From the NCBI GenBank assembly GCA_963665235.2, contig CAXXLX010000002.1:544001-608000 (forward strand): a stretch of DNA of 64,000 nucleotides, written 5' to 3'. The position numbers and the translations under genes are program-made. Below, one piece after another: positions 16,701-26,705 of this stretch (within the stretch, counting starts at the first letter, position 1; every line of letters begins with the position of its first letter). The DNA is from Candidatus Poribacteria bacterium (GTDB lineage Bacteria; Poribacteria; WGA-4E; WGA-3G). The notes beneath the pieces were generated by a model. It saw nothing but the letters and a program-made list of their open reading frames with translations, was not told the DNA's origin and made no database searches.

Positions 16701-18506
16701 ATGCAGCCAAGTTCTGCTGAAGAGACAATACAACGGTTGATATTTAGTCTATCTGAGTTGGAACAGTTAGGTCAGACGCTCATCTCTGGGCACAGCAATT
16801 TTAATGTTTCCAGCAAAACCTATCTTCGCATTACGCTCGGTACACTTCAGGTGACCCGGGGGGCGATTTTCTGTTTCCATCCGACAGACAATTACCTGAC
16901 CGTTGCGGCTTCAACCCCGGAGCTGGAGGTTCCGCCAATGTCGCTGGAACCGGAGGAGGTCGCGGGGTTGCTGCAAGCTTCGTTCATTGAATTGGAGCCG
17001 CCGCCGGCATGCCTTGAACATTTCTTCGAACGGCATGCGGAGCAGTTTGCGGACAATGCTATGCATCGCTTGTGGGTCCCTCTAAAAATCCATGACGAGT
17101 TCCTCGGTATACTGAGTTTAGGAAGATTTCTAGGCCGCACACAACTGGAAGCTTGGGAACAGGAACTACTAACTATTCTTGCGCATCAAATATCGATAGC
17201 TATTGCCTATTCACGGATAGTGGAGGGGATTCAGAGTGAAAAGTTTCGGTTGTTTATGTTGGCGGAGAGCGCGCCACAAATATGCCAACTCTTGCAGCCG
17301 GAGGCAGCAGCTGAACAGGTAGTCCATCAAGCAGTAGCACTTTTGGATGCGAACGTCGGTGGGCTTATGCTGATTCACCCGCAGCAGCAGAAACTGCAAC
17401 TGGAATACGATTATCCGCCCGGGGTTTTTGAAACGACTTCATTGGAGATGTTTGACAAGGTTGTCGAAGCTGGCAGAACGGTCCGCTGCGCCGCTAAAAC
17501 AGATATACTTTTCGGCGGTAGAAACTTAATGGCAGGTCCCATTCAGGCACGCGATGGCGATATCTTAGGGGTTCTCGTTATCGGGGACAAGGAGGAACGC
17601 GGCGGCAGAATAACCGAATTTACTGACGAGGACGAAATCCTGCTGGATTCTTTCGCAAAACAGGCAGGCGTGGCAATTGAGAACGCACACCTACATCAAG
17701 AAGCACTTGAAGCACGACAATTGCAAGCGGAAATGGAGGAGGCACGCAAAATCCAGACAAATCTTATACCGGACACACTGCCTGACATTCCCGGGTATGA
17801 GGTTGCAGGGCATTACGAACCGCGTGGACCCGTCGGCGGCGATTATTTTGACTGCCTCGAACTCTCCACCGGAAACGAATGGGGGCTCGCTATTGCCGAT
17901 GTCTCTGGAAAAGGGATGCAAGCCGCCCTTCTCATGGCAACCCTCCGAGCGGGATTGCTCTCTGAATTGTCACGCGGAAGCACACTGAACGAGACGCAAG
18001 AAACATCTAGGAAAGATGAACTTATCGACATGGCACTCACCCTCAATTCCCTGCTTTATGTCAGTGGAACAGAGGAGAAATATGCTACCTTCTTCTACGG
18101 ACACCTTAATCCAGAAACGGATACACTAACGACGCTCAACGGTGGACATAACCCGCCTATCCTTATTAGAAACGATGGAACCACTGAATGGCTCGGTGAA
18201 GATGTGGGTGGACTTCCGCTCGGCATGTTTCCCAATGATATGGTCCCACTCATCGCTGACTATGAGGCGGAACAGGTCCAACTCAATAGCGGCGACCTGG
18301 TCGTTTTCTATACCGATGGCGTTACTGAAACTGTTAACATTGACGATGAATTCTACGATGAGGAACGGCTTGAACAGGTCGCCAAAACATGCCCTAGGGG
18401 AGATGCGTCGGAAATATGTCAATTCATTTATCAGGAAGTCATTGAATTTCAAGGTGACGCTGATCAGTTTGATGATTTGACGTTACTGGTGCTCCGAAAA
18501 AAATAG
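16701..18506 (+). CDS. GAF-GAF-PP2C (RsbU/SpoIIE) phosphatase
   Basis: Two GAF regions; VGGDYFD, IADVSGKG, YTDGVTE, DDLT. Confidence 0.93.
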   Translation: MQPSSAEETIQRLIFSLSELEQLGQTLISGHSNFNVSSKTYLRITLGTLQVTRGAIFCFHPTDNYLTVAASTPELEVPPMSLEPEEVAGLLQASFIELEPPPACLEHFFERHAEQFADNAMHRLWVPLKIHDEFLGILSLGRFLGRTQLEAWEQELLTILAHQISIAIAYSRIVEGIQSEKFRLFMLAESAPQICQLLQPEAAAEQVVHQAVALLDANVGGLMLIHPQQQKLQLEYDYPPGVFETTSLEMFDKVVEAGRTVRCAAKTDILFGGRNLMAGPIQARDGDILGVLVIGDKEERGGRITEFTDEDEILLDSFAKQAGVAIENAHLHQEALEARQLQAEMEEARKIQTNLIPDTLPDIPGYEVAGHYEPRGPVGGDYFDCLELSTGNEWGLAIADVSGKGMQAALLMATLRAGLLSELSRGSTLNETQETSRKDELIDMALTLNSLLYVSGTEEKYATFFYGHLNPETDTLTTLNGGHNPPILIRNDGTTEWLGEDVGGLPLGMFPNDMVPLIADYEAEQVQLNSGDLVVFYTDGVTETVNIDDEFYDEERLEQVAKTCPRGDASEICQFIYQEVIEFQGDADQFDDLTLLVLRKK

Positions 18507-18654
18507 CGGAGGGGTCGGGTTTTACCCCGCTTTATCGTCCTATCGTCCATATTGGTCTAGGTTGTGGAGCCATTGTGTTGTCTATAAACATACCGCTTTC
18601 CGGAGTTTAGTCCATCCGAACGAGCTTTTTCAAAACCCTAGATTGGAGGCAATT

Positions 18655-18930
18655 ATGCAAGAATCTCCTTTTTACGAACAGGTCATGAAACGCGGCATCG
18701 CCCAAGGTTTCAAACAAGGTTTCAAACAAGGTTTCAAACAAGGTGAGTTCCGGACCAAACAAGATGATGTTATCAAGTTGTTGACGCACCAATTCCCTGA
18801 CATCTCTGATACCGTTGTAGCGGAAATCCGGGGAATCACGGAATTCTCACGGCTTGATACACTCTTCGATCAGATACTCACCGCTAAAACCTTTGAGGAT
18901 ATTGACCTCAACGGAAGTAGCATGCAATAG
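18655..18930 (+). CDS. Rpn/YhgA-type C-terminal domain mini-protein
   Basis: GGAGG RBS; MQESPFYEQV..RG..QG(FKQG)x3, a 12-bp tandem repeat; ends ..F..I....LD.L...IL.A....D. Confidence 0.65.
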   Translation: MQESPFYEQVMKRGIAQGFKQGFKQGFKQGEFRTKQDDVIKLLTHQFPDISDTVVAEIRGITEFSRLDTLFDQILTAKTFEDIDLNGSSMQ

Positions 18931-19009
18931 GAATCAAATAGGTCTCTAAAAAGTCCACAAGCCACAAGCGGCGGGAAGACGTAGGTCCTGAAAGAGAGTT
19001 AAAAAAACT

Positions 19010-19975
19010 ATGCAACATAGCATTGAAGGCCGCAGATTCTTAAATCCATCAATCCTTGCACAAATTGGCAACCTTGAGCTCATCGCCAAATTTGTCGTCG
19101 AAGGATTTATCTCAGGGCTCCACAAAAGTCCCTACCACGGATTTAGCGTTGAGTTCTCACAATATAGGCAGTACATGCCCGGAGACGATACGAAACATAT
19201 CGATTGGAAGGTCTACGGCAGAACGGACCGGTACTATATCAAACAGTTTGAGGAGGAGACCAACCTCAATTGTTACCTGATTCTTGATAGTAGTCAATCC
19301 ATGGCACATCCTACTCCGGAGGATTTAGCAGAAACGGACGATTCGCAGGGAGGCGAGGCAGCTGAGGCAGGAGGGGTTCCGCTAACAAAGTTGCGATATG
19401 CCTCTTTTCTGATTGCCTCGCTCGGCTATTTCATGGCGAAACAGCGCGACGCAGTCGGGTTCGCTCACTTCGATGACAAACTGAATCAGTACTTTCCTGC
19501 ACGGAGTAGCCCGTCACATTTGCACGCTATCTTATTGGCACTGGAGCGACTTGAAACAGCCAAGCAGACACGAATTGGCGAACCGTTACATCAAATCGCT
19601 GAACGGTTGACGAAACGCGGGTTAGTGATACTCATCTCCGATCTTTACGATGAAAATCCCGATGAGGTCATTGACGGGCTTGAGCACCTACGTTACGATG
19701 GGCACGAGGTTATTGTCTTTCATCTCCTCTCCGAGCAGGAGGTGTCGTTTGCGTTTGAAAGACTTATCCGGTTCGTTGATGCGGAAACCGACCAGGAGAT
19801 TATCACGACCCCGCAAGCTATTCGCGACAGCTATCTCAGCAATTTCAACGAATTTATTGACTATTACCGAACCACATTGAACCAAGCAGATATCGATTAC
19901 AACCTGATAAATACGTCAACACCGATTGACCGGGCCCTTTCGGCATATCTTGCGAAGAGGCAGGGTTTTCTATAG
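19010..19975 (+). CDS. DUF58 (vWA-like) protein
   Basis: G.HKSP..GFSVEF..YRQY.PGDD..IDWK, DSSQSM, ISDL. Confidence 0.93.
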   Translation: MQHSIEGRRFLNPSILAQIGNLELIAKFVVEGFISGLHKSPYHGFSVEFSQYRQYMPGDDTKHIDWKVYGRTDRYYIKQFEEETNLNCYLILDSSQSMAHPTPEDLAETDDSQGGEAAEAGGVPLTKLRYASFLIASLGYFMAKQRDAVGFAHFDDKLNQYFPARSSPSHLHAILLALERLETAKQTRIGEPLHQIAERLTKRGLVILISDLYDENPDEVIDGLEHLRYDGHEVIVFHLLSEQEVSFAFERLIRFVDAETDQEIITTPQAIRDSYLSNFNEFIDYYRTTLNQADIDYNLINTSTPIDRALSAYLAKRQGFL

Positions 19976-19997
19976 AGCGGTAAAAGGATATAGGACT

Positions 19998-22133
19998 ATG
20001 TCATTTTTAGCTTGGGGTTTTGCTATAGCGGGTGCTGTTGGGGCATCTATCCCGCTCATCATTCATTTACTGAATAGGGAACGCGCGCGCCGCCTCATTT
20101 TCAGTACGGTCCGGTTCATCCAGATGTCGCACCAGACGAATGTGCAGCGGCATAAACTGAAGCGGCTGCTCCTGCTCCTGATGCGTATCTTAATATTAAT
20201 CCTCCTCGGGCTGGCGTTCGCGCGGCCCTATTTCGCTGCGGATCCTGAAACTGCACCAGAATTAGGCGGTACCCGAAACGCTGTGATTATTTTGGATACG
20301 TCGTATAGTATGCAATATGAGGACGTTTTTGACCGTGCCAAAAAGGAGGCAATCGCCCGACTTGATGGGTTGGAAAATACCGATGCTGTCGGTTTAATTT
20401 TGTCCGCGGACAAAGCACTGACTGTTCTGCCACTTGACACAGAACGGAGCCACATTAGGTCCACATTATCAAACGCAAAACCGACCTATCACAAAACCGA
20501 TTATCTCGATGCAATCCAAACTGCATCGCAATTACTCGAGCAGGTCGCCGTCGGTCAGAAACAGATATACTTAGTTGCTGATTTACAGAAAAACGGGTGG
20601 GATAATTTCCTCGACACCGACCGGCTCAGTCCCAATATAGACATTGAGTTCGTTAATGTGGGAGTAGAACAGTCCGACAATCTCGCAATTACCGGCATAA
20701 ATGTGCCACCTATTGTACTGGTAGGGGGGGGCTCACAATTACGACCTGTTGAATCTGCTGAATTGGTTGCACGTATCCATAACTTCGGCACTGAGCTTGT
20801 TGAGGATGTGTCTGTCAAATTATCTATCGATGGAAAAAGCGTAGGCGTAACACAGGTGGACATTGAACCTGGGGATATCACTGATGCCGTTTTCAAACTA
20901 GAAATGGACAAATTTCAGTCAGGAGAGATGCATACCGGTTGGGTTGACATCGGGACGAAGGATTCCTTGGGAGTTGATAACCGCCGATATTTTACTGTGC
21001 AAAGCCTCCGGACCATCAAGGTGCACTGCATCAACGGTGAACCGAAGGAACCGGACTATGAGAGTGAAACCTTCTTTTTACGAATGGCACTTAATGCGGG
21101 TAGAGAGGCCACCCCGATTGATTTTACACAATCCACTGCATTGCCATCTGGTGCAGATGCGCTACAGAGGTACGATGTGCTTATCCTTGCGAATCTGGGT
21201 GAGGTCACAGCGGCGGATGCGGTGCGATTGAAGGAATATGTTGCTGATGGAGGCGGGTTGATTATCACCCTCGGCGATCAGGTGGACGCTACTGTTTATC
21301 AGCAGCACCTTGGTGCATCGGAAACCCCGCTCATGCCGTGTACGCTCATGCAGACAGTCGGTGATGCGATTGCGCGGGAGGAGTTCAAGGTAATTGCCAC
21401 GGTAGACTACAAACATCCGATTTTTGCACCGTTTCGAAATCCGAACCACGGTGATTTTGGGAAGGGACGATTTTATCGCTATTTTCAGGCAACGCCTACA
21501 GTCGACGCGGCGGTTATTGCGGCGTATGATGATGGAAATCCCGCACTCTTTGAAAAAATTTATGGAAATGGACGCGTGCTCTGCTTTACCTCTACACTCG
21601 ACCGAGAGTGGAACGACCTGCCTGTGCATGCAGTCTATCTCCCGTTTCTGCATGAAGCTATCAAACACCTTGCCCTGCGGCAGGTGAGCGAAACGGCTGA
21701 GTATCGCGTGGGTGAAGCGGTTGAATACAGTCCCGCTGTTAGAAGCCAAAGCCCGGGCCCCGGGAAAACGGTGGCAGTTTTCAATCCAAATCGCGAGGAA
21801 ACGCGAATGACGTTGAGCGAACAGGGGCAGCTCTTTTATGAAAACACCGAACTGCCCGGCATCTATTCGGTGCATAGGACCGGTGAAACTGCTTACTATT
21901 TTGTTGTCAATGTGGACACTACCGAATCTGACTTAACCCCCCGCGATGCGGAGGAATTGCGTAGCATGCTGGTCGGCTCAACAGAAGTGGACCGTGCACC
22001 GACAGAACTTACAGACGAAGTCAGGCAAGAATACAACGAAGGTGTTGAGAAAAAACAGGGTATCGCTACCTATCTCCTTCTGGCGGTTTTTGCTCTGGCT
22101 GCAGCCGAAATGTTTATAGCAAATCGGGTCTAA
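19998..22133 (+). CDS. BatA N-terminal plus vWA membrane protein
   Basis: IPLIIHLL, LLLLMR...LAFARP, LDTSYSM, C-terminal TM. Confidence 0.88.
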   Translation: MSFLAWGFAIAGAVGASIPLIIHLLNRERARRLIFSTVRFIQMSHQTNVQRHKLKRLLLLLMRILILILLGLAFARPYFAADPETAPELGGTRNAVIILDTSYSMQYEDVFDRAKKEAIARLDGLENTDAVGLILSADKALTVLPLDTERSHIRSTLSNAKPTYHKTDYLDAIQTASQLLEQVAVGQKQIYLVADLQKNGWDNFLDTDRLSPNIDIEFVNVGVEQSDNLAITGINVPPIVLVGGGSQLRPVESAELVARIHNFGTELVEDVSVKLSIDGKSVGVTQVDIEPGDITDAVFKLEMDKFQSGEMHTGWVDIGTKDSLGVDNRRYFTVQSLRTIKVHCINGEPKEPDYESETFFLRMALNAGREATPIDFTQSTALPSGADALQRYDVLILANLGEVTAADAVRLKEYVADGGGLIITLGDQVDATVYQQHLGASETPLMPCTLMQTVGDAIAREEFKVIATVDYKHPIFAPFRNPNHGDFGKGRFYRYFQATPTVDAAVIAAYDDGNPALFEKIYGNGRVLCFTSTLDREWNDLPVHAVYLPFLHEAIKHLALRQVSETAEYRVGEAVEYSPAVRSQSPGPGKTVAVFNPNREETRMTLSEQGQLFYENTELPGIYSVHRTGETAYYFVVNVDTTESDLTPRDAEELRSMLVGSTEVDRAPTELTDEVRQEYNEGVEKKQGIATYLLLAVFALAAAEMFIANRV

Positions 22134-22191
22134 TAGGAGTAGGTATACTCCGTAGGCCGTCACATAGCCAAAAGTCAATAAGGATAATTAC

Positions 22192-23115
22192 ATGAACGTT
22201 GAAGCGACTACTGCAATTGAGGTTCCAAAGGTTGTATGCGATGAGAAAATCCAGTTTTTTATCGAGAACGGTTATCTCGTCGTGCCTAATTTGCTATCGG
22301 ACAGTGAGATTGAAGAGTTGCGGCAGGATACAGTAACGCTTGCACGCGGCGGATATGAATGCGATAGCCTTAAACCGCTTCCGGAGAGCGTCACTGATGA
22401 CCAAGCTGTCGGCAGAATTCTCTGCATTCATCAGCCGCACTTCGTTAGCGAGGTAATTGAAAGATATGTGAAACACCCCAAAATCTGCGGAATTTTAAGT
22501 CAAATCACGGCTGCACACCTCCCCTATTGGGATGGCAGTGTTAAGTGTATGCAGTCGATGCTCTTTGTTAAACCGCCTAATTTTCAGGGGCAAGCGTGGC
22601 ATCAGGATGAGATCTATATTCCGACCCGGGACCGTTCCTTGATTGGTGCATGGATTGCCATGGATGACGCAACCGTCGAAAATGGATGTTTATGGGTACT
22701 TCCCGGCTCACATCGTCAAGGCTATCTCTATCCACAACGTAATCATGAGAATCCTGACGAGTTTGACTTTGCACAGGAGAGTTATGGGTTCGACGGTTCA
22801 CCGGAGGTCCCGGTCGAAGTGACAACAGGCACCCTTGTATTTTTCAACGGTTATCTGCTGCACCGTTCCCGAAAAAATCGGGGAGACACCTACCGGCGTG
22901 TTCTTGTGAGCCATTATTGCAACTCCTGGTCCCTACTTCCGTGGTCAATTCGGGAGGGCGAACGGCCCGCGAGTGCTGACCGGCGCTGCATTATTCCTGT
23001 CTCCGGGGTGGACCCGTACGCGTGGAAAGGTTACGACCCGCCCCCTAAGAATGTCTCCTTGCGAACCTGCAAAGCTATAGGCGAATTACCAGCCCTCACC
23101 CCTGTAGGAGAGTGA
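22192..23115 (+). CDS. PhyH family dioxygenase
   Basis: FFIENGYLV, WHQD, NGCLWVLPGSH, HRS..N....RR. Confidence 0.92.
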   Translation: MNVEATTAIEVPKVVCDEKIQFFIENGYLVVPNLLSDSEIEELRQDTVTLARGGYECDSLKPLPESVTDDQAVGRILCIHQPHFVSEVIERYVKHPKICGILSQITAAHLPYWDGSVKCMQSMLFVKPPNFQGQAWHQDEIYIPTRDRSLIGAWIAMDDATVENGCLWVLPGSHRQGYLYPQRNHENPDEFDFAQESYGFDGSPEVPVEVTTGTLVFFNGYLLHRSRKNRGDTYRRVLVSHYCNSWSLLPWSIREGERPASADRRCIIPVSGVDPYAWKGYDPPPKNVSLRTCKAIGELPALTPVGE

Positions 23116-23142
23116 ACGTCGTTGGCGTACACCTAAAACACT

Positions 23143-23361
23143 ATGACAACAGAACACGTTTATGCACTTCAGAATGTATTGGAGGAGATGTTCACACGTA
23201 TCGGCACCGGTGCCGATATTGAAGAACAACTCACCCGCATTGCACAGTTGTCTGTAGAAATTGATGCAACCGCACCCGCAATGCTCAAACACTATCTCCA
23301 GCGGAAGAGTTATACGAAAGCATTGGATTTCATCAGACAAGAGTTAGGGGCAGATACATAA
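23143..23361 (+). CDS. Small hypothetical protein
   Basis: 72 aa; L.HYLQRKSY.KAL motif; fits the operon. Confidence 0.65.
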   Translation: MTTEHVYALQNVLEEMFTRIGTGADIEEQLTRIAQLSVEIDATAPAMLKHYLQRKSYTKALDFIRQELGADT

Positions 23362-23393
23362 ACCCGCAACGAACCGATAGGAAATATTAAAAA

Positions 23394-24146
23394 ATGGATA
23401 GAGTAGATGGACGAAAAGTCGACGAACTGCGTCCTGTTAAAATTACACGGAATTATATCAACCAGCCCGAAGGCGCAGTGCTTGTGGAAACAGGTGATAC
23501 TAAAGTGATATGCACCGCATCTGTTCAAGAACAGCAGCCGCGCTTTATGCGTGACCAACGAAGCCGAAAAAAAGGCTGGGTGACTGCTGAATACGCGATG
23601 CTTCCCGGCTCCAGTAGTGAACGGATACAACGGGAGGTCAGCCGAGGTCGAGTCGGGGGTAGGACACAAGAAATTCAACGGCTCATCGGCAGAGCCCTGC
23701 GGGCTGCGGTTGACCTCTATGCATTAGGAGAACGCACAATCTGGGTCGACTGTGATGTTCTACAAGCGGATGGCGGTACCCGCACCGCAGCTGTGACAGG
23801 CGCGTTTATCGCGCTATGGGACGCATGCAAAAAATTGCAAGAGCAGGAAAAAATTAAAGAATTTCCTATCTCTGATAATATTGCTGCAACCAGCGTCGGT
23901 ATTATCGACGGCACAGCACTCCTCGACCTATGTTATGAAGAGGATGTTGGGGCAGATGTTGATATGAACGTCGTTATGACTGGCAGTGGAAAGTTTATAG
24001 AAATCCAGGGGACTGCTGAACAGAAACCGTTCTCGCGTGAAGAATATGACCAAATGATTGAGCTGGCCGTCGGTGGAATTCAACAACTTGTACGCTTACA
24101 GAGCCGTATCATGCTTGAGAATTTAGATGTAGGAACAATTCCGTGA
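23394..24146 (+). CDS. rph: Ribonuclease PH
   Basis: R.DGR...[37 protein letters not shown]. Confidence 0.97.
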   Translation: MDRVDGRKVDELRPVKITRNYINQPEGAVLVETGDTKVICTASVQEQQPRFMRDQRSRKKGWVTAEYAMLPGSSSERIQREVSRGRVGGRTQEIQRLIGRALRAAVDLYALGERTIWVDCDVLQADGGTRTAAVTGAFIALWDACKKLQEQEKIKEFPISDNIAATSVGIIDGTALLDLCYEEDVGADVDMNVVMTGSGKFIEIQGTAEQKPFSREEYDQMIELAVGGIQQLVRLQSRIMLENLDVGTIP

Positions 24147-24195
24147 TTGCGATTTAGAATTTAATAGTTCCCCTGCTTGTGGGGGGTGAGGACAG

Positions 24196-24870
24196 ATGAA
24201 ACTTGTATTGGCAACCCGTAACCTCGGAAAGGTCAGAGAACTCACAACTATGCTTGCTGAAAGCCACACCTCACTCCCGCGGGAAGACACGGGGGGCACC
24301 GACTGTCAACAGGCGTTAGTAGAGCTTCTCTCACTACAGGATTTTCCTGATGCACCAGAGGTTGTTGAGGATGGCACTACCTATCAAGAGAATGCCGCAA
24401 AAAAGGCAACGGTCATCGCTGAGTATACTGGACACCTGACGCTCGCTGATGATGCTGGATTAGAGGTTGACGCGCTTGACGGTGCACCGGGCATCCATGC
24501 GAAACGGTGGGCAGGTGAAAATGCTACGGACGCGGAACGCATGCAAAAATTGCTCTCGCTTTTGGAGGGCGTTTCCAATCGACGTGCCCGATTTGTTGCT
24601 GCTATCGCTATCGCCTCACCCACTCCCCGCCTTGATAAGGGGAATAGGGGGATTGCAGATTTGCAAATTGTCATCGACAGCTGCGAGGGACATATCACCA
24701 CGGCACCTGTAGGGGAAAGCGGTTTCGGATATGATCCGGTTTTTGTTCCTATAGGGTATAACCAAACTTTTGCCGAATTGGGGGAGGCAATCAAAAACCA
24801 AATTAGTCACAGAAGTAAAGCTCTGCGCTTGGCTATCACACATCTGAATAGGTATATAGCCAGCAAATGA
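24196..24870 (+). CDS. rdgB: dITP/XTP pyrophosphatase (HAM1/RdgB)
   Basis: ATRN.GK, ENA.KKA, ADD.GL, GFGYDP, KN.ISHR; directly follows rph. Confidence 0.93.
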   Translation: MKLVLATRNLGKVRELTTMLAESHTSLPREDTGGTDCQQALVELLSLQDFPDAPEVVEDGTTYQENAAKKATVIAEYTGHLTLADDAGLEVDALDGAPGIHAKRWAGENATDAERMQKLLSLLEGVSNRRARFVAAIAIASPTPRLDKGNRGIADLQIVIDSCEGHITTAPVGESGFGYDPVFVPIGYNQTFAELGEAIKNQISHRSKALRLAITHLNRYIASK

Positions 24871-24886
24871 CCAAAGGAATGTTATT

Positions 24887-25444
24887 ATGGCAGCACTAAA
24901 CGATTTAAGAAATGGATTAGTTATCCGCCTCAACGATATTGTCTACACAATTGTAGATTGTCAACCTGTCAAGCCCGGAAAAGGGGGAGCGTTCACGCGA
25001 ACCAAAATTAAACGCGTTACCGATGGCGCAGTCCTGGACCGAACCTTCCGAGCAAACGAAACGATTGAAACTGTCCGACTCGTCGACCGAGAGATGCAAT
25101 ACCTCTACCGGGAGGGGGATATGTTATGGTTTATGGACAACGAAACCTTTGAGCAGCACCCTCTTCCTGTAAAACTCATTGAGGATAGCTTGAAATTCCT
25201 AAAAGAGGGGGAAACGTTAACGGTCAAAATGGATGGAACGACACCGCTTGTCGTTGAGATGCCAACTTTTGTTGAGCTTCAAATTGTTGAAACTGACCCT
25301 GGCTTACGCGGCGATACTGTCAGTGGGGGCACCAAGCCGGCCAAATTGGAGACAGGCGGGGTTGTCAATGTACCGCTCTTCGTTAAAAATGAGACTGTCA
25401 TCAAAGTTGACACCCGCACTGGAAAATACGTTGAAAGAGTTTGA
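24887..25444 (+). CDS. efp: Elongation factor P
   Basis: KPGKG, PGLRGDT, VPLF, VDTR.G.Y. Confidence 0.97.
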   Translation: MAALNDLRNGLVIRLNDIVYTIVDCQPVKPGKGGAFTRTKIKRVTDGAVLDRTFRANETIETVRLVDREMQYLYREGDMLWFMDNETFEQHPLPVKLIEDSLKFLKEGETLTVKMDGTTPLVVEMPTFVELQIVETDPGLRGDTVSGGTKPAKLETGGVVNVPLFVKNETVIKVDTRTGKYVERV

Positions 25445-25730
25445 ATCATGGCCTCTGCTCGCCTGCGCCGTTGTTTTAATTAGCGATTGGCGATTGGCAG
25501 AAAGGAGAAATAGATGAAAATCGCAGATTTTCATTATTTTCTCTCCTAGCAAGATGTTGTGATTATAATCAGATTTTTGACGCGCGTCAAAAACCTCTTT
25601 CTCTTGCTAATGGTTTCCATAGGTTTCCAATAGCTAACATTCTATAAACATATCGTCCCTAAGAAGCGGGCTGCTTGCCCGAATACTAGGGGAAACTTTT
25701 TTCAAACTCACGTTACAAACTAAGAAAGGA

Positions 25731-25786
25731 GCGGGCTTTCCTGCCCCGCCTAAAGATGGCGGTTTCCAGCCCGAAGATTTAGATGA
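25731..25786 (+). mobile_element. Isolated IS200/IS605-type (IscB-like) terminal hairpin
   Basis: AGAAAGGAGCGGGCTTTCCTGCCCCGCCTAAAGATGGCGGTTTCCAGCCCG..TTTAGATGA resembles the subterminal palindrome of IS200/IS605 ends (from memory of such ends). Confidence 0.5.
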
Positions 25787-26286
25787 GGAAAAAACCTGAT
25801 GCCAAGCCATCTCCACCGGACAAGGAGGCGGCAGAAACCGATGTTAATACGGACCCGCTTATAGAACGACTCGAACACCTGATAACAATTGCGGAACGCG
25901 CGGGACTCTCTACGGTTCGCATTCGCGATGGAGACGTTGAAATAGAAATTGCACGTACAACCGCACCTTCGCTCGTACCGGGGGTGCCCATTGGTGCTAG
26001 TGGTACGCCTACCCTGGAAGCTGGCGATGCGTCACAAACCGATGCGCATGAGGTGATTCGGGCACCGATGCTGGCACGCTTTTATCGGTCTCCTGCTCCT
26101 GACGAGCCGCCGTTCGTTGAAGTCGGTGACACTGTCACAGCCGGGGACACTTTAGCCACGCTGGAGGTCATGAAAACGTACAATGATGTAGAGGCACCTT
26201 TTAACTGCCAAATCCTTGAAATTCTGGTTGAGGATGGGGAGGCGGTTGAATACAATCAACCCCTTTTTCGCGTGAAGCAAACCTGA
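25783..26286 (+). CDS. accB: Acetyl-CoA carboxylase biotin carboxyl carrier protein
   Basis: APM...FYRSPAP, EVMK biotinylation site, VEYNQPLF. Confidence 0.93.
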   Translation: MRKKPDAKPSPPDKEAAETDVNTDPLIERLEHLITIAERAGLSTVRIRDGDVEIEIARTTAPSLVPGVPIGASGTPTLEAGDASQTDAHEVIRAPMLARFYRSPAPDEPPFVEVGDTVTAGDTLATLEVMKTYNDVEAPFNCQILEILVEDGEAVEYNQPLFRVKQT

Positions 26287-26368
26287 TTGGCTCGTTGGCG
26301 ATTGGCGATTAGCAAGAGAGATACTAGATGGAGCGGGCTGGGTATACAGAGGCAGACTTAAAGAAAAT

Positions 26369-26483
26369 CAGGACTTACGCAGCGTGTTGATAAAGTCCAT
26401 AGATAATAGGATTCAGAGGGAGACTTAGCGGGCGAGGTGACCTCGCCCCTACGATACTACGTGCTAAATTTGCGTAAGTTCTG
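26369..26483. mobile_element. 115-bp MITE carrying a GTAG-REP
   Basis: TIRs CAGGACTTACGCA / TGCGTAAGTTCTG; flanking direct repeat GAAAAT; inverted copy at 34787-34901. Confidence 0.85.
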
Positions 26484-26500
26484 GAAAATATTAAAGGATG

Positions 26501-26705
26501 TGTAAGCCCAACCAGCGGGCGGGCTGGATATACGGAAGGGGACTTACTTCTTACTTATGTCCTCACCGAACCGCAAGGAAATATCAATTTCAAGTTATTG
26601 ACCTAATCCGCCAAGAGTTGTAAGCCCAACCAGCGGGCGGGCTGGATATACGGAAGGGGACTTACTTCTTACTTATGTCCTCACCGAACCGCAAGGAAAT
26701 ATCAA
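26501..26705 (+). repeat. 87-bp direct repeat (two copies) ending at the accC start
   Basis: 26501-26587 equals 26619-26705. Confidence 0.9.

Noticed and set aside
26501-26705. Mini-CRISPR (repeat, 31-nt spacer, repeat)
   Set aside because: The 87-bp repeat is far too long and there are no cas genes.
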